Source of the DNA: the human T2T-CHM13v2.0 reference genome, Homo sapiens
Assembly: GCF_009914755.1 (NCBI RefSeq)
Contig: NC_060930.1
DNA length: 64,000 nt
Direction: 5' to 3' (one strand)
The notes under the pieces were generated by a model. It saw nothing but the letters and a program-made list of their open reading frames with translations. It was not told the DNA's origin and ran no database searches. Every line of letters starts with the position of its first letter. The first letter of the stretch is position 1. Position numbers and translations under genes: made by a program. Positions 42,940 to 61,338 of this stretch are shown piece by piece.

Positions 42940-43129
42940 TCAAACATTTCACCTTATTATTCTTTTTAAGGATTACAAAGTAGAGCAGGGGGGAAATAAT
43001 AAACCACTAATAAAGAATAATAGCCATTTGACAGACAGGTGTTCTTAGTTTCATAAAAAAAAAGATGCCTGGTAGATTCAGTCTTTTATGAATACTAAAG
43101 AATGCCTCTTATTTTTGTTTGTTGGAGAC

Positions 43130-43900
43130 AGGTTCATTTTGAACCTAACCTGGTGTTCTCAGGGAACATAGGTTAGAGGGGAGAGATTTAGGAGTGAGGG
43201 CTCAAGCAAGAAGCATGTTAGAAGACTGCTGTAGTGGTCCCGGTGAGGAGTGAAAGGAATGGAACTAAAATACCATGAGGAACGTGGGCCAAAGGAAACA
43301 AGTCTGAGAGATTTAGAAAGTAAATCATCAGGATTCAGTGGTGACTCTTGGATTTGAAGAGGGAAAGGGAATAATCTAGGGTAGCTGTCAGTTTCTGCCA
43401 TGGGTAGTTGGGCTAACAGTAGTGTATTAACTGAAATGGGGGGCAGGCAATTTGTGAGGGTGAGTTGAGTTCAGCACAGGGCCTGTTGACTTTGAGGTGC
43501 CTTTGAAACAGGAGTGGATATGTCTAATTTTACATGAAGTGTCTACTTAAGAGAATGTGTAGAGACATTAACAGGGCTGGGTAGGAACACGGAATACCTC
43601 AGGTGCCAAATGAAAACTTTTGGCAATAACAAGAAGTTAGGAAGTTGAAGAGGGTAGAAGAGGCAGCAGAAATGTAGATGGATAAGAACATGTTGGCATG
43701 TTTAAGTGACATTGTGAATAAACCTGTCCTACTGGGCCAGATGGGATTAGGGCTGAGATCAAAGCAGGCCTAATGCAGTTTGCAGACGTGTTTTGTTAGA
43801 CTTTTATAGAGCTGGATCACACAGTGTCCTAAATTTAAATTAGGTGCCAACATTTCCACACAAAATCCGGATTTCTGACTTTTCTTTTAAACTAAAGGGC
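43130..43900 (-). mobile_element. Degenerate L2 fragments
   Basis: Purine-rich plus strand with L2-like segments (gttgactttgaggtgcctttgaaacaggagtggatatgtc). Confidence 0.55.
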
Positions 43901-44609
43901 TCCTAGAGGTAGATTTGGCAACATTGGTAGACCTATATGATAATAATCGACTGAAGTATATGTCCTTTCTCTCCAATGAACCTGTTTTACTTATGTTATT
44001 TCGCTGAGCCCTTAGACATTTAAATTTTGTACTTTTTTTTTTTAATCCAGGCTTATAAGTCAGATGAATTTTCTACTTCTGAGTCAAAGATCAGTAGGTA
44101 ATAAAGGTACAAAGATAGATTAGCAACAGATTACGGAGAGCTTTGAATACCAATCTAAGGAGTGTAAATGTAGGCAGTGGGCCACCTTTGAATAAGGAAT
44201 TGATGAGATTAAAGCCATATTTAGGAGGATTATTCTGGACCAGTATGAAAACACAGAAGTTAGGGAAAACAGTTAATAGTTTTGAAAGAGAAGAGAAAAA
44301 GGAGATGGTGTTGGGATACATAAATGGGCTTTTAAAATGCAAAATGAGAAGTGTTTTAAAGAGATATCACCCAGAAAGTCTATGCACTGCCACATGGGCA
44401 CTATATGGGTGGTTGTATTTGGTGGGAAATTTGCTTGCAGACTTCCAGAACTCAGACCAATGTGTGGTGTGGGGGACGGTGATTGTCAGGCATTATGGAA
44501 AGGTCAAACAAAATATGCTCACTGGCTATCTATGGCCCACAGGTCACTGTAGTCTCTGTTATAAGTACACTAAGTGGAGGAGAAAGGTCCTTTAAAAAAA
44601 AGAAAGCTA

Positions 44610-44850
44610 AAATTAATACCTGATTGTTATTAACTGTGTGCCAAACACTGTTCTAAGCTCTTTACACAGACATTTTATTTAATCCTCGCAACCAATTTCT
44701 GAAGTAGGTACTTTTCCAATTTCCATTTTACAGACAAAGAAACTGAAACCCTAGAGGTTAAGAAGTTATCCAAAGCCACAAGGCTGATAAGAACAGAACC
44801 AGGACTTGAACGCAAGCAGTCTGCCTCTCCAGAGGTTTATCTTTTAACTG
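44610..44850 (-). mobile_element. MIR
   Basis: ccattttacagacaaagaaactgaaaccctagaggttaagaagtt is the MIR core. Confidence 0.8.
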
Positions 44851-45159
44851 CTATGTTAAACTGCCCCTGCATTTTAATCTGTTCTAATGCTACACAGATA
44901 GGCAACTTTACAGGTAGAGGACCTTATGCTTTATTCTGGATGCTCTGTTATAACTCGTTTCAGGGGTGTCAATTTGGTCCAGGTCCTCCTGGAAGAAATA
45001 AAACTCCAGAATTGACCCTTGAACTGTCTCTTAGGGAGCAGATAATGTAACGGGTCCTTGGGTGACCTTGAGAGAACAGGTATGTTCAAATGTCTGTTCT
45101 CTTCCTTTAGCTAATGGATCAGTGTAGCTTATAATTGCATGCTTCTAACCCTTTGTTGA

Positions 45160-45480
<321 letters not shown>

Positions 45481-45694
45481 TAAAAATGCTTTTAAAAATG
45501 AAAACTAAAACATGTTAATTTTTTTCAAATGTTTTCATGAAAATTATCACAGGACAAGTTTCATAAATATTGAAATTTGGAAAAAGTTGCAAGCCCATAA
45601 CATTGCAGAGAAGCAAATGCATTTGATGCAAAGCCTCAAATTTGTCAAGTTTTTCTACCATATTCAGTGTGGTTTCTTTCTCTTTGGCCTATAG

Positions 45695-46405
<711 letters not shown>

Positions 46406-47053
46406 TAGTTCTCATAGTCATGTGCAGATCCTGTGCCCTTTGCATGTCTTATGAAATTTGGTTGTGTGTGTGACTTTTCAGCTTCTTTACTGCAAATTGC
46501 CTCCTCGTGTTTTGGGGTGAGCATAAACAAATGCTAATTCCAAGATCATTGCTGACAATCAACAGAACAGGTATTGAAGTGACTCCTTCATGCCACACAC
46601 TCTGCTAAATGCTGAAGACTTAAGTGAAACATGGTCTGTGCCCTCACCTAGTAGCTAATGGTCTCATGGGAGAAGATAAAGCAGTGTTGCAGCACAGTGG
46701 AATAACGGGTTTGCTAGATGAGTGCCATAGCAACACAGGCACCATGCATCTGAGTCACTAGTGAAGGGCTGAGCAGAGTTAAGAGGTGAGGACCAAGTGT
46801 GTAGATAAGGGAGACAGAGAAGCATGCTCCGAGCAGAGACAAACACATGGGAAACACCTCCCACACTGTGGAGGTGTGACATGGGATGTTATATCTGGGA
46901 AACAAATGTTTGAATGGAATAAAGGGAGAATAGTGGATGGATTGGTTGGGGGGATGGACAGGAAGCAGCTTGGGAAGGGCGGTTATGTACATGAGCTCTA
47001 TCCTGCAATCTACTAGGAGCTATTAAAGGATTTTAAGCCAGAGAGTGACATAA

Positions 47054-47697
<644 letters not shown>

Positions 47698-47749
47698 CAA
47701 TCTGGTAACTGTGAAGAGTGGAATGGAGTGGAGGAGGGGACAAGAGTTG

Positions 47750-48315
47750 AGATAGTCACAAAAGGCCACATACTGAATGATTCCATTTATATGAAGTGTC
47801 CAGAATAGGAATCTCTGTCTCTTTCCATAGAGAAAGAAGGTAGATTTGTGGTTGTAGGGGCTAGGGAAAGGAGGGAATGGGGAGTAACTGCTACTGTGTT
47901 TCTTTGTGGGGTAATGAAAATGTTATAAAATTAGATAGTGATGAAACTCACTGAATTGTGCACTTTAAGTGGGTGAATTTCATAGAATATGAATTATATC
48001 TCAATAAAGCTATTTTTAAAAAGGCCAGGCATGGCAGCTCATGCCCATAATATCAACACTTTAGGAGGCTGAAGCAGGAGGATCACTTGAGGCCAGTTCG
48101 AGACAATCCTGGAACCATAGTGAGACCTCATCTCTACCAAAAAAAAAAAATTTTTTTAAGTTAGCCAGGCACGGTGGCACATGCCTATAGTCTTAGCTAT
48201 GCAGGAGGCTGAGGTGGGAGGACTTTGAGCCTAGGACTTTGAGATTACAGGGGAGTATGGTCATGCCACTGTACTCCAGCCTAGGTGACAGAGTGACACC
48301 ATGTCTCTAAAATTT
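47750..48315 (+). mobile_element. Old L1M 3' end followed by AluJ (48023-48315)
   Basis: gattccatttatatgaagtgtccagaatagg...gaattatatctcaataaagct, then Alu. Confidence 0.85.
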
Positions 48316-48694
48316 AGAGAAAAAGAGTAGAGGTCCAGGGACTAGTTGGAAACTATATTAAAGTAGTCTAGGCATCTAGGCAGGAAGAACCAAGGCAGAG
48401 ATACTGAGATCAAATGGAATAAGCTAGGGACATAGAGAATGAGAATTTGATGAAGCCACTTAGGCTGGATCTGAGATTTGTGGCTCAGGTAATGGAGTAG
48501 ATGATTTTGCCATCTTATCAAGATCAATATGCAGTAGATCTAAGTATGATGATGAATTGGGGTTTTTTAAATTAAAAAAAAATTTTCACCCAACCTACCT
48601 GCCCTTGCCCCAGTGATGAGTTTGTTTTTGCCATGTTGTTTGTGATGCCTGTAGGAAAGCCAAGTAGTGTTTAGAGCTCATGGAAGAGTCTGGA

Positions 48695-48743
48695 TAAGAG
48701 GCCTGTGGGTTAAGAGGCCTGTGGGTTAGGAAGCCTGTGGGTT
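48695..48743. repeat. 16-bp tandem repeat TAAGAGGCCTGTGGGT, about x3
   Basis: Two exact copies and one degenerate copy. Confidence 0.9.
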
Positions 48744-49857
48744 TGGCATTCATGGGCTGCATGAAGTAAGTGGAGGACTAAGGAGATGGAAAGGGAGTGG
48801 CCAGATAGGCAGGGGGAAAACAGGGATGAGAGTGTTTCTAGGGGCAGGAGTGGTCAGCAGTGTCAGTAGCTAGTGACAAAGAGGCTGAAAGGTTTTCATT
48901 GAATTTAGAATAGGGAGGCTATGAGTGAGCTTACAGAGAATGGTTTCTACAGGTGCAGAAAATTGATCATGATCATTTGAACAAATGGAAATATAGACAA
49001 CTTTGTCCAAATGCTTGGCTGTGGAAGGAAGGTAAAGGCAAGCCACAAGGGGGGGTCTTAGGTTTTGAGGATTAAGCCTGTCTAATTATATTATACATGA
49101 GAGGCAGTATTTGAGCAGGGCCTTGAAAAAGAGGTGAAATTTGGACACAGGAAAATGATTGGAAAAGGCATTACAGATAAAGTTAACTTCCATTAATTGA
49201 CTTGAAGTAATAACAGTCAACCATTTATTGAGGACTTTCATGTGCCAGACAATGAACTAAGGGCTCTACATGCATTATCTCATTGATCCTTGCCCCAGCC
49301 CTTTAAGAGAGGAGGTACCATTGTTATTTCCACTTAGAGATGTGAACACTGAGGAACTGAGAGGCTACCTCACTGTGGGTGTCTGTGTGTATAGAGGTCC
49401 AGGCAGTCACAGGACAGTCTGGTCACACAGCTAGAAGGAAGTGAAGAGAGTTGGTAATGTGCTGCTTTTAAAAATGTATTTATTGTATCATGATCACTTT
49501 GTCAGTACTTCACTGTGGACATCCTCATCTAACATTTAGTTTTGTTCTCTAGTGTCAAGGGAGCCCTCTAATGGACATTTATTGCACTACAGACTTTCAG
49601 CTTTCATACATTCAAAAATTGAGTGCCTCCTGTGCCCCAAGCACCAGCTCAGATGCTGTTAGGGTGATGCAAACAAGACAGACATGGTCCCTGAGTTCCT
49701 AAAGCAAGCCTGAGGCAGGAAGAAGCCGAATGTGTGTGGAAACCCAAGAAGATGGGGAAAGTGGCATGGGAAGGGACTGGAAAGTTAGAGTGGGTCAGAT
49801 TAGACAGAGCCTTGAAAGCCAGGATGAAGAGACTTTGCTTTAAGAGTAGTGGATTTT

Positions 49858-50277
<420 letters not shown>

Positions 50278-51589
50278 TCAGGGTCCAGGTGAGAGATGAT
50301 GGACTATGGTGCTGTAATAGATAAAGTCATGATATATTTTATATATCAGCATTTTATTCCAAAACAATGTTTGAACGTCCTCCTACCCTAGATAGGGCAG
50401 ACAGATTATCTGCAACATTTTTGGAGCACATTTTAATACCTGACTGTTTCCAGTAATTTACAAAAGAAAATATAGCCTTTCCTAACTTGTCCCATGTTGG
50501 TCTGCAGTTACACAGCAGTAAGTTAAAAGTTAGTATTGGGGGTCAAATATTTCACTTTAGATGAAAGTTTAGCCACAATCTGGCTTCTGTTAGGCCTTAT
50601 CTAATTTTTGCATCCAAATGTAGAGCATCGTTTGTGGCACCCAGTAGCACATGCTGAGTCACAGGTGTGACAGCTGCATTTCAAACAAGCCTGAGAAGGA
50701 GAAAGAAAGCCCTTCAGTGTGTCCTGTGGTTGCGAGGAGCCACTCACGGACTCCACCTTGTGAACACAGCGGCACAGGACGCAACACAGGCCTAACCCAT
50801 GCAGGATGCTGGACTCGTTCCCTTATTCACTACCTCCTCTCTCTCCTTTTTCATGGCTTCCTTGCCCCAACATCCCAAACACACAGTGTGGTTTTTGATT
50901 CTTGGCTCTTCTCTGCTGCAGTTGACTCCAGCTCTGCCTGTTTGTTCCTTCCTTTTTCTCCATCCCTGGCTCTCTGCCTTTTGGCCCATCCTTTAAGGCT
51001 TGGAATGCTCCTGGGCTTACCTTCTTTCCGTTCATTGGTGGTGTGTTTTCTCAGACATACCTGCTCCCTGCTTTCATCTTTCAACTTCTTGGGGCTGTGA
51101 CAACTCTTCCCTCTTTGTCCCCTGGAAGCCAGTTCTGAGTAGCAGCCAGGCCTAGAACACTGGTGACACAGACACACTTCATAGCCCTCCCGCATGGTCT
51201 AGTTTCAGATCATGGTAATCCCTAGTCTAGGAGGCTGCCGAGCCCAAGAGCACAGGCTCTGGAGTGAGAAGCCAGTTCACCCCAGTTCTACCACCAACTT
51301 GAGAATCAGCAGAGGGCTGTGGTGAGGATTCTTGGTGGCAGGTTATGTAAAGTGCCTAGCCCAGACTGGATGATTAATAAATCCTTGCATCTGTTATGTT
51401 TTAATATCTTATTAAATACTGAAAGCAGATCCTGATTTGGAATAGGTCTCAAGAAAGGAGACTAGGGTCTAATCCTGAATTAGAGTCTTTGCTTATAGGT
51501 AACAAAGAATTTATGAATTTATCTCACATTTTTGCTTAAGAGTTCTGAATTTAAACTTCCATCAAGGTCCTGGGTCCCAGGTGTTTTCA

Positions 51590-52065
<476 letters not shown>

Positions 52066-53938
52066 TTACTATTTTCTTAATCTTATAGGCCTGTGTTTCT
52101 AGTCACCATTAAATTACTACAGATTTGTGTTTTTAATGTAATATATAAGTGTTTTGGAAGGGTGAGAATATTTCAAAGGTTTGAAAGTTAAAACTGTGTA
52201 TGAAAGAATTGAAAACTTGGAATTTAGATCACTTTTCCATTGTGTCATATTTCTCTGTGACATGGACATATTGAAGCATGGACATCATGTCCATGCACAT
52301 AAAGCAGACAACCCAGACAACACACACATGTGCACAGGAACGCTCTGGAAGGATGCAAACCGAACTGTTAAGTGTTGATTCCTGAGGAGGTGAATGGGCA
52401 TGGGTTGAGAGTGAGAAGAGGTTGTAGGAAGACTTTCATATATTACTGTGTACATTTCTCTAAGGTTTGAATTTTAAAAAATATATTCATGAGTTACTTT
52501 TGTAATGTAGAAATATTAATGACTTTCCTATCCATCAGTCTGCCTAAGCTTCCTCTTCCGGTTCAGGTAGAATGAATTGGATCAGTGTTGCTCCATTTTC
52601 CATTTTAGCATTTTACATTTGCCTAAAGATATCTTGGGATGAGGGTATATACTTTATCAAATGTAAGCTATTTCCAAAGTAGTAAATCCAAATACTTAAC
52701 AACTTCCCAGCCTAAGTAAATGATCAGAGGCTCCGTACTCAGTCTCATCTAGACTGTGGCACTGGGTGTGAACGTATCAAATGCATGTTTCTCCATCAGG
52801 CAGAAGTGAGAGTAACCATGTGCCATGGAGAAGGTTGACAGACTCCCTGTGAAGCACTTCGAAGTGACACTGGCCTCTGTGTGCTTCAGAAGAATCCAGC
52901 CACCTGCTGTGTGGCCTGACATTTTCCTTTAGTTTGTGATGGGCCAGCAGAACTCTGTTGCCAACTGTTTTCTGTCCTGGGTGCCTAGCCAGAGGTTCTG
53001 AAAGTCTGGAGACTTTATATTGGCTAAACTTTAGGAACGTCAATTACATGTCTATCTCCAAGATGCCTTCTTTTATTCAGGTGCAGCTCATTGTTTCCTC
53101 TTGAGCTACACTTAAGATTCTTGAGCAAAACCTAAACTGACATTTCTCCAGCAATGCTCTCCTTGAGATAGAAATGGGAAAAGTAAGAGCAAAAGGAATC
53201 TTTTGTTCTCATGTGCATACACTAACTCATAGAAGGTTAATACTTCTATAGCCTGTACTATTATAACAAGTATTATATATTTATGATATATTTCCTTAAA
53301 GAAAACAAAAGCAATATAGACATCTAAACTGTCACTGGCTTATTAAGTGTCAGTGCCAGAGCCTAGGAGAAAATAAGGAGCCTGTGAATTCCTTACTCGA
53401 ATCTAACCAGAGCTGCTGTGTTTGAGAGCAAGTTTTAAAAGATTGTATGTAATACTAAGTTTATTCATCTTTCACACTGAGTCCCAGCATCACCAGATCA
53501 GTATTTGATGCCTGGATCAATCTTTATTCTGGGGAGTGATGAAGCATTGAACCTGCTATATGTATAGTTTGCCGAGCGTCGGCATGTGCTCCTTGTGGCC
53601 CAGGCATCCCTGCATATAAGGAATAGGTACGTTCTCACGAGCCTCACCTACTTACCTCCACATTTAGCCAGATTCTGGGTATTAACATCTGCTGGGAAAG
53701 AGCATCACTACAGTAGCTACAAATAAGGTGGAAGAAGCAAAGTATTTTTCTGAGAAGTACTTAAAGAATAGATGTGTAAATTTCTATAAACACAAGTCTT
53801 AAAGGAAAATGAAAAAATTTTACATTTAAATAACTACATAAATCATTGCCTAATTTTAATAAGAATATAACTTAATATAGCTTGAATGGAGAAAAGGACA
53901 ACTTGCAGTCAGGGAAAGTATTAAGAAATAATATGCTC

Positions 53939-55106
<1,168 letters not shown>

Positions 55107-55502
55107 ATTGGGGTTTATCTACTTAGATTTTCAATAAAAATTACTACTTAAATCTTTACCTGCTTGTTAATTTCAAACCCTTTTCTACATTTTGATTTAT
55201 CTTTAAATCTCTTTTTGTCTCAATAAATGGGAAGTATCAGGAAGTCTTTTTACTTGCTCAAGGTCATAGAGAGCTTAGAACCTGGTAGTGTCCCTCTGAG
55301 CCCCAGTTCTTTCCAACCTGCCAGGCTGTAGGCCCAACAATTACTCACCACTAAGAAATTATGCTTGTGCTGTCATGGCAGTTGCATTGGAGAAAAGGAT
55401 ATTTAACTGGCAAACAAAAGTCAGGAGAATGGGGAGATTTTGTTCTTTTGAAATGCTAGTGTGAAGTGCTAGGCTTATTTTTCAAATGCCCAACTCGTAT
55501 TC

Positions 55503-55813
55503 TTTTCTTTTCTTTTTTTTTTGAGAGGGAGTCTCACACTGTCGCCCAGGCTGGAGTGCAGTGGGGCGATCTCGGCTCACTGCAAGCTCCGCCTGCTGGG
55601 TTGACGCCATTCTCCTGCCTCAGCCTCCGAGTAACTGGGACTACAGGCGCCCACCACCACGCCCGGCTAACTTTTTTTTTTTTTTTTGTATTTTTAGTAG
55701 AGACGGGGTTTCACCGTGTTAGCCAGGATGATCTTGATCTCCTGACCTCGTGATCCGCCCTCCTCAGCCTCCCAAACTGCTGGGATTACAGGCGTGAGCC
55801 ACCGCGCCCAGCC
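55503..55813 (-). mobile_element. AluY
   Basis: Y diagnostics (gcaagctccgcct, cgccattctc, ccgtgttagccaggatg), many intact CpGs, and a perfect TSD CCAACTCGTATTC (55490-55502 and 55816-55828). Confidence 0.93.
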
Positions 55814-56501
55814 GGCCAACTCGTATTCCTAAACGAATCATAATTTTACCATAAGACCATAGTTTAGTGATTGAAGAAAAAATGTACCGAACTGTATGAT
55901 ATGATGGTGTCAAAAAGAACTAACCCAATATGAAACAGTTTTCAGGAGCATGTTTCCTATTTTGGTGTCAGTGGACCACTTGTGTTAAAGTTGTGAAAAC
56001 CAACACTCCTGAATTCCACCCAGAACTCACACTCTGCACCTTCAGAGGCCCTCAGATTGTGAGTGGCTGCCCCGAGGTGTACTACCAACCTCCAGCTTCC
56101 GTAGGTCCGTAGGTGTGCTAGTAGGGCCTAGGAAAAACAGAACAGATGAGGACAGTGATGCATACAGCTGCTTTATCTGGTCTCTCCTTCCTCCCTAGCC
56201 TGACTGCTATTGGAGGGCACCCTCCAGGCACAGTTCTGTTCACAGCCTGCTGCTGCCCCCGTGGGCCATGGTTCCAGGACGGTTCCATCTTCTGTGCTTT
56301 GGGCACATTAACCTCTCCCAGCGTCACTATCTTCATCAGCAAAATGGAGATAACATTAGTACCACCTCATAAAGTTGTTATGAGGATCACCAGTGAGATA
56401 ATCAATCTAAAGTGCTTACAACAATGCTTGGCACTTGGTAAACACTAAATAAATGATAGTTGCTATTATATGCATACTTTTAAAAAACCTGATGCTTTTA
56501 A

Positions 56502-56852
<351 letters not shown>

Positions 56853-57400
56853 ATGAATGGTTCAGTTTTAACAGGTTCTGTGCCTTAAAAAAGTTATTAA
56901 ATTGACTGTTTCCTCCTTTTTTGTACCCATCATACTTTGAATATATAACTACGGCAGCATATAAACACTTCACTTGCACTTATTTATTTAAATGTCCATC
57001 TTTCCATAACCCAAGGGTAGGAACGAAATCTTATTCATTGTTGAAACCTCTAGCACATAGCACAGTGCCTACCAAATAGTAGGCAAAATCAGGTGTTCAA
57101 TTCTATTAACTACTCTAACACTGAACTGAAAGTGTTCAATGGCTCAAAATAATATAATAAGCCTTAACTCTGGGGTGCTTAAATTTATCTATAATCTCTG
57201 CCAGTGAAGTATACATAGTTTTAAAGGTTAAAAAAAAATCAAGTGTTTAATGAATTTGAGCTGATTGAGCACTGACCAGATACAGGATCCTTAAACTTCA
57301 TAATATCTAGTCCAAAGATGAATTTTTTTTTTGGTACAGATTCTGACTTCAAGGGATTTGCAGGCTGGGAGGGAAATTAAATATATAAAAAGTCATTTTC

Positions 57401-57711
<311 letters not shown>

Positions 57712-57916
57712 TTAATGGAAATATTGAGAAAATGTCTAGGGGAACTCGAAGGAGATGATTATAGGAGTTGATTATGTATGTAAAATCAAAGTGAATGAGG
57801 CAGTGGCAGGGGGGAAAGGGGGAAGCAGTAATGACTTAGAAGTCCTAAGCATGTTGCATGGTAATTGTGACATTTGCTTCCTGCGAGCGGAGCTGACCTT
57901 GTGGTGTCCGTCCTAG

Positions 57917-58204
<288 letters not shown>

Positions 58205-58375
58205 TAATTAAGTCTCATTTATATGTAAAACATATTACAGGTTATTGATTACTGGTCTTTTGCTTTTATGTGTGCCTTACTGGTAACATTTTTAATAAGA
58301 CTAGCTATTAAACAGTATGTTGAATTTGCTGAAGAGTCCCTCTTATCCTTACTGGCAGCTAAAACACTATATAAA

Positions 58376-59460
<1,085 letters not shown>

Positions 59461-60566
59461 AGAAATTCTCTGAATGATATTATAAAGATGTCCTATGTTC
59501 AGTATTACTTGGGTGCCTGTGTCAATTAGTATTAGAAGATTCAGTATAAATATGATAAAATTTAAATGTGTGTACTGTCATCTGTGTTTGGCACATGAGG
59601 TGCTCAGTGAAGGTTTAGCTCAATTCATTCTCATACCCTGAACTGTATTCCTAGTCATGAATCAAGCAAGCAGAGTTACTACTGAGCAGACCAAATCCAG
59701 TTTAAGTTCAAAAGGTCATGGTCTCCTTATAGGAGAACCCTCCATTCCTTCTTCTCTCCCGCAGGTAATATAGTATTCACTCTTCTTTCTATAGCCTACA
59801 AGCTTAGTTTTATAGTTTCTAAGTCCACAGCAGATTTTATATAAGCAGCACTCTAGTAGTAAATAGTTTTGCTACCAGAAGTGACAGTTAACAGAGCAAG
59901 AATAAGGGAGGTAACAGGAAACTTCTAAAGCAGGCAGAACACCACCACACAGCAACTGGCAGCAGAAAGCTGCTGGCTCACCAGGAGGCTCTGAGGGCAT
60001 CATAGTATTACAGCAGAACATAATCATGAGTGTTCATAAGGAGGAAGAGTTCAGGAATGGTCTGATTCCAAAGATAGAAAACTTGTGCATTTACAGATAT
60101 TGTCTATTTTATATATGCAGAATGGATGTACACATTTTTATGTGTTGGTACTTAATTGGACAAATGGTCAGCTATTTATTTAACAATGTCAGATAGATAT
60201 TTAGTACAGTATATTCCCTGGACATTTTAGATAACTTAGGTTTTATAGTATAAGTTATAAGAGTTTAAAAACACTAAGATAACTTTTGAAACCATGAGTC
60301 CTGGAATTTGTTAGAGAAATTAGAAATGTTGAGTACCGTAAAAGTTTTCAGAAGCAGAACCCGAATATAGAATGCCATTAATAATTCTTATATACTTACA
60401 TTTTCTTCCAGGTACTTATAAACCTTAGTCTATTTCCAAAATGTATTTAACAACCTAACTTTCATCCAAATTATTAAATTTAAAATTTTTCTTAATTTTG
60501 AATTATGATGTTAAATAGTTTTCATGTTATTTCATAAAAAACAAATACACCAAAGAGTAGTTTGAA

Positions 60567-60861
60567 AGCTGGGCATGGTGGCTCATGCCTGTAATCTCAG
60601 CATTTTGGGAGGCTGAGGTGGGAGGATTGCTTTAGCCTAGGAGCTTGAGACCAGCCTGGGTAATGTGACAAAACCCCATCTCTACAAAAAATATAAAAAT
60701 TAGCCAGGCATGGTAGCATGCACCTGTAGTCCCAGCTACTCAAGAGGCTGAGCTGGGAGGATCAATTGAGCTTGGGAAGTCAAGGCCTGCATGAGCCATG
60801 ATTATGCTACCGCACTCCAGCCTGGGTGACACAGTGAGACCCTGTCTCAAAAAAAAAAAAA
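60567..60861 (+). mobile_element. AluJ
   Basis: Alu consensus. Confidence 0.9.
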
Positions 60862-61105
60862 CGTCTACCTTTCTATCTTTTCAAGTAATGTCTTGGTATG
60901 AAAATCCAGAGGACTGTACTTTATGACAACGTTAAAGATATGAGATCTTTTTCTTCCTATCAAAAAGGGTTTATATTTCAGATCTGTTTCCTAAAAAAAA
61001 AAAAAAGTCTGATGTCTGAGATGTCTGAATCAGTCCTGTGGCTGATCTAGACCCCCTACAGAGCCACACTTGTTCTCCCTTGGTGACAGCTTTTTCCCTT
61101 CTCAG

Positions 61106-61338
61106 GGTTACTTCGTGACAAACTGGGCTCCTATGATGTGGCATTCTACCTCGCTGGAGTCCCTCCCCTTATTGGAGGTGCTGTGCTTTGTTTTATCCCG
61201 TGGATCCATAGTAAGAAGCAAAGAGAGATCAGTAAAACCACTGGAAAAGAAAAGATGGAGAAAATGTTGGAAAACCAGAACTCTCTGCTGTCAAGTTCAT
61301 CTGGAATGTTCAAGAAAGAATCTGACTCTATTATTTAA
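61106..61338 (+). CDS. SLC16A10: SLC16A10 last exon, coding part (233 nt including TAA)
   Basis: Acceptor ctttttcccttctcag|GG. Encodes (G)LLRDKLGSYDVAFYLAGVPPLIGGAVLCFIPWIHSKKQRE...KKESDSII*, with TAA at 61336-61338. Same frame as ORF 61138..61338. Confidence 0.98.

Noticed and set aside
44143-44595. 150-aa ORF (also the 149-aa ORF at 50651..51100)
   Set aside because: No recognisable homology or splice context, and 44143 has a non-ATG start. The lengths are within chance for six frames of 64 kb.
53570-53584. CpG-rich mini-hairpin TGCCGA-GCG-TCGGCA
   Set aside because: 6-bp arms are expected many times by chance, and there is no other support.
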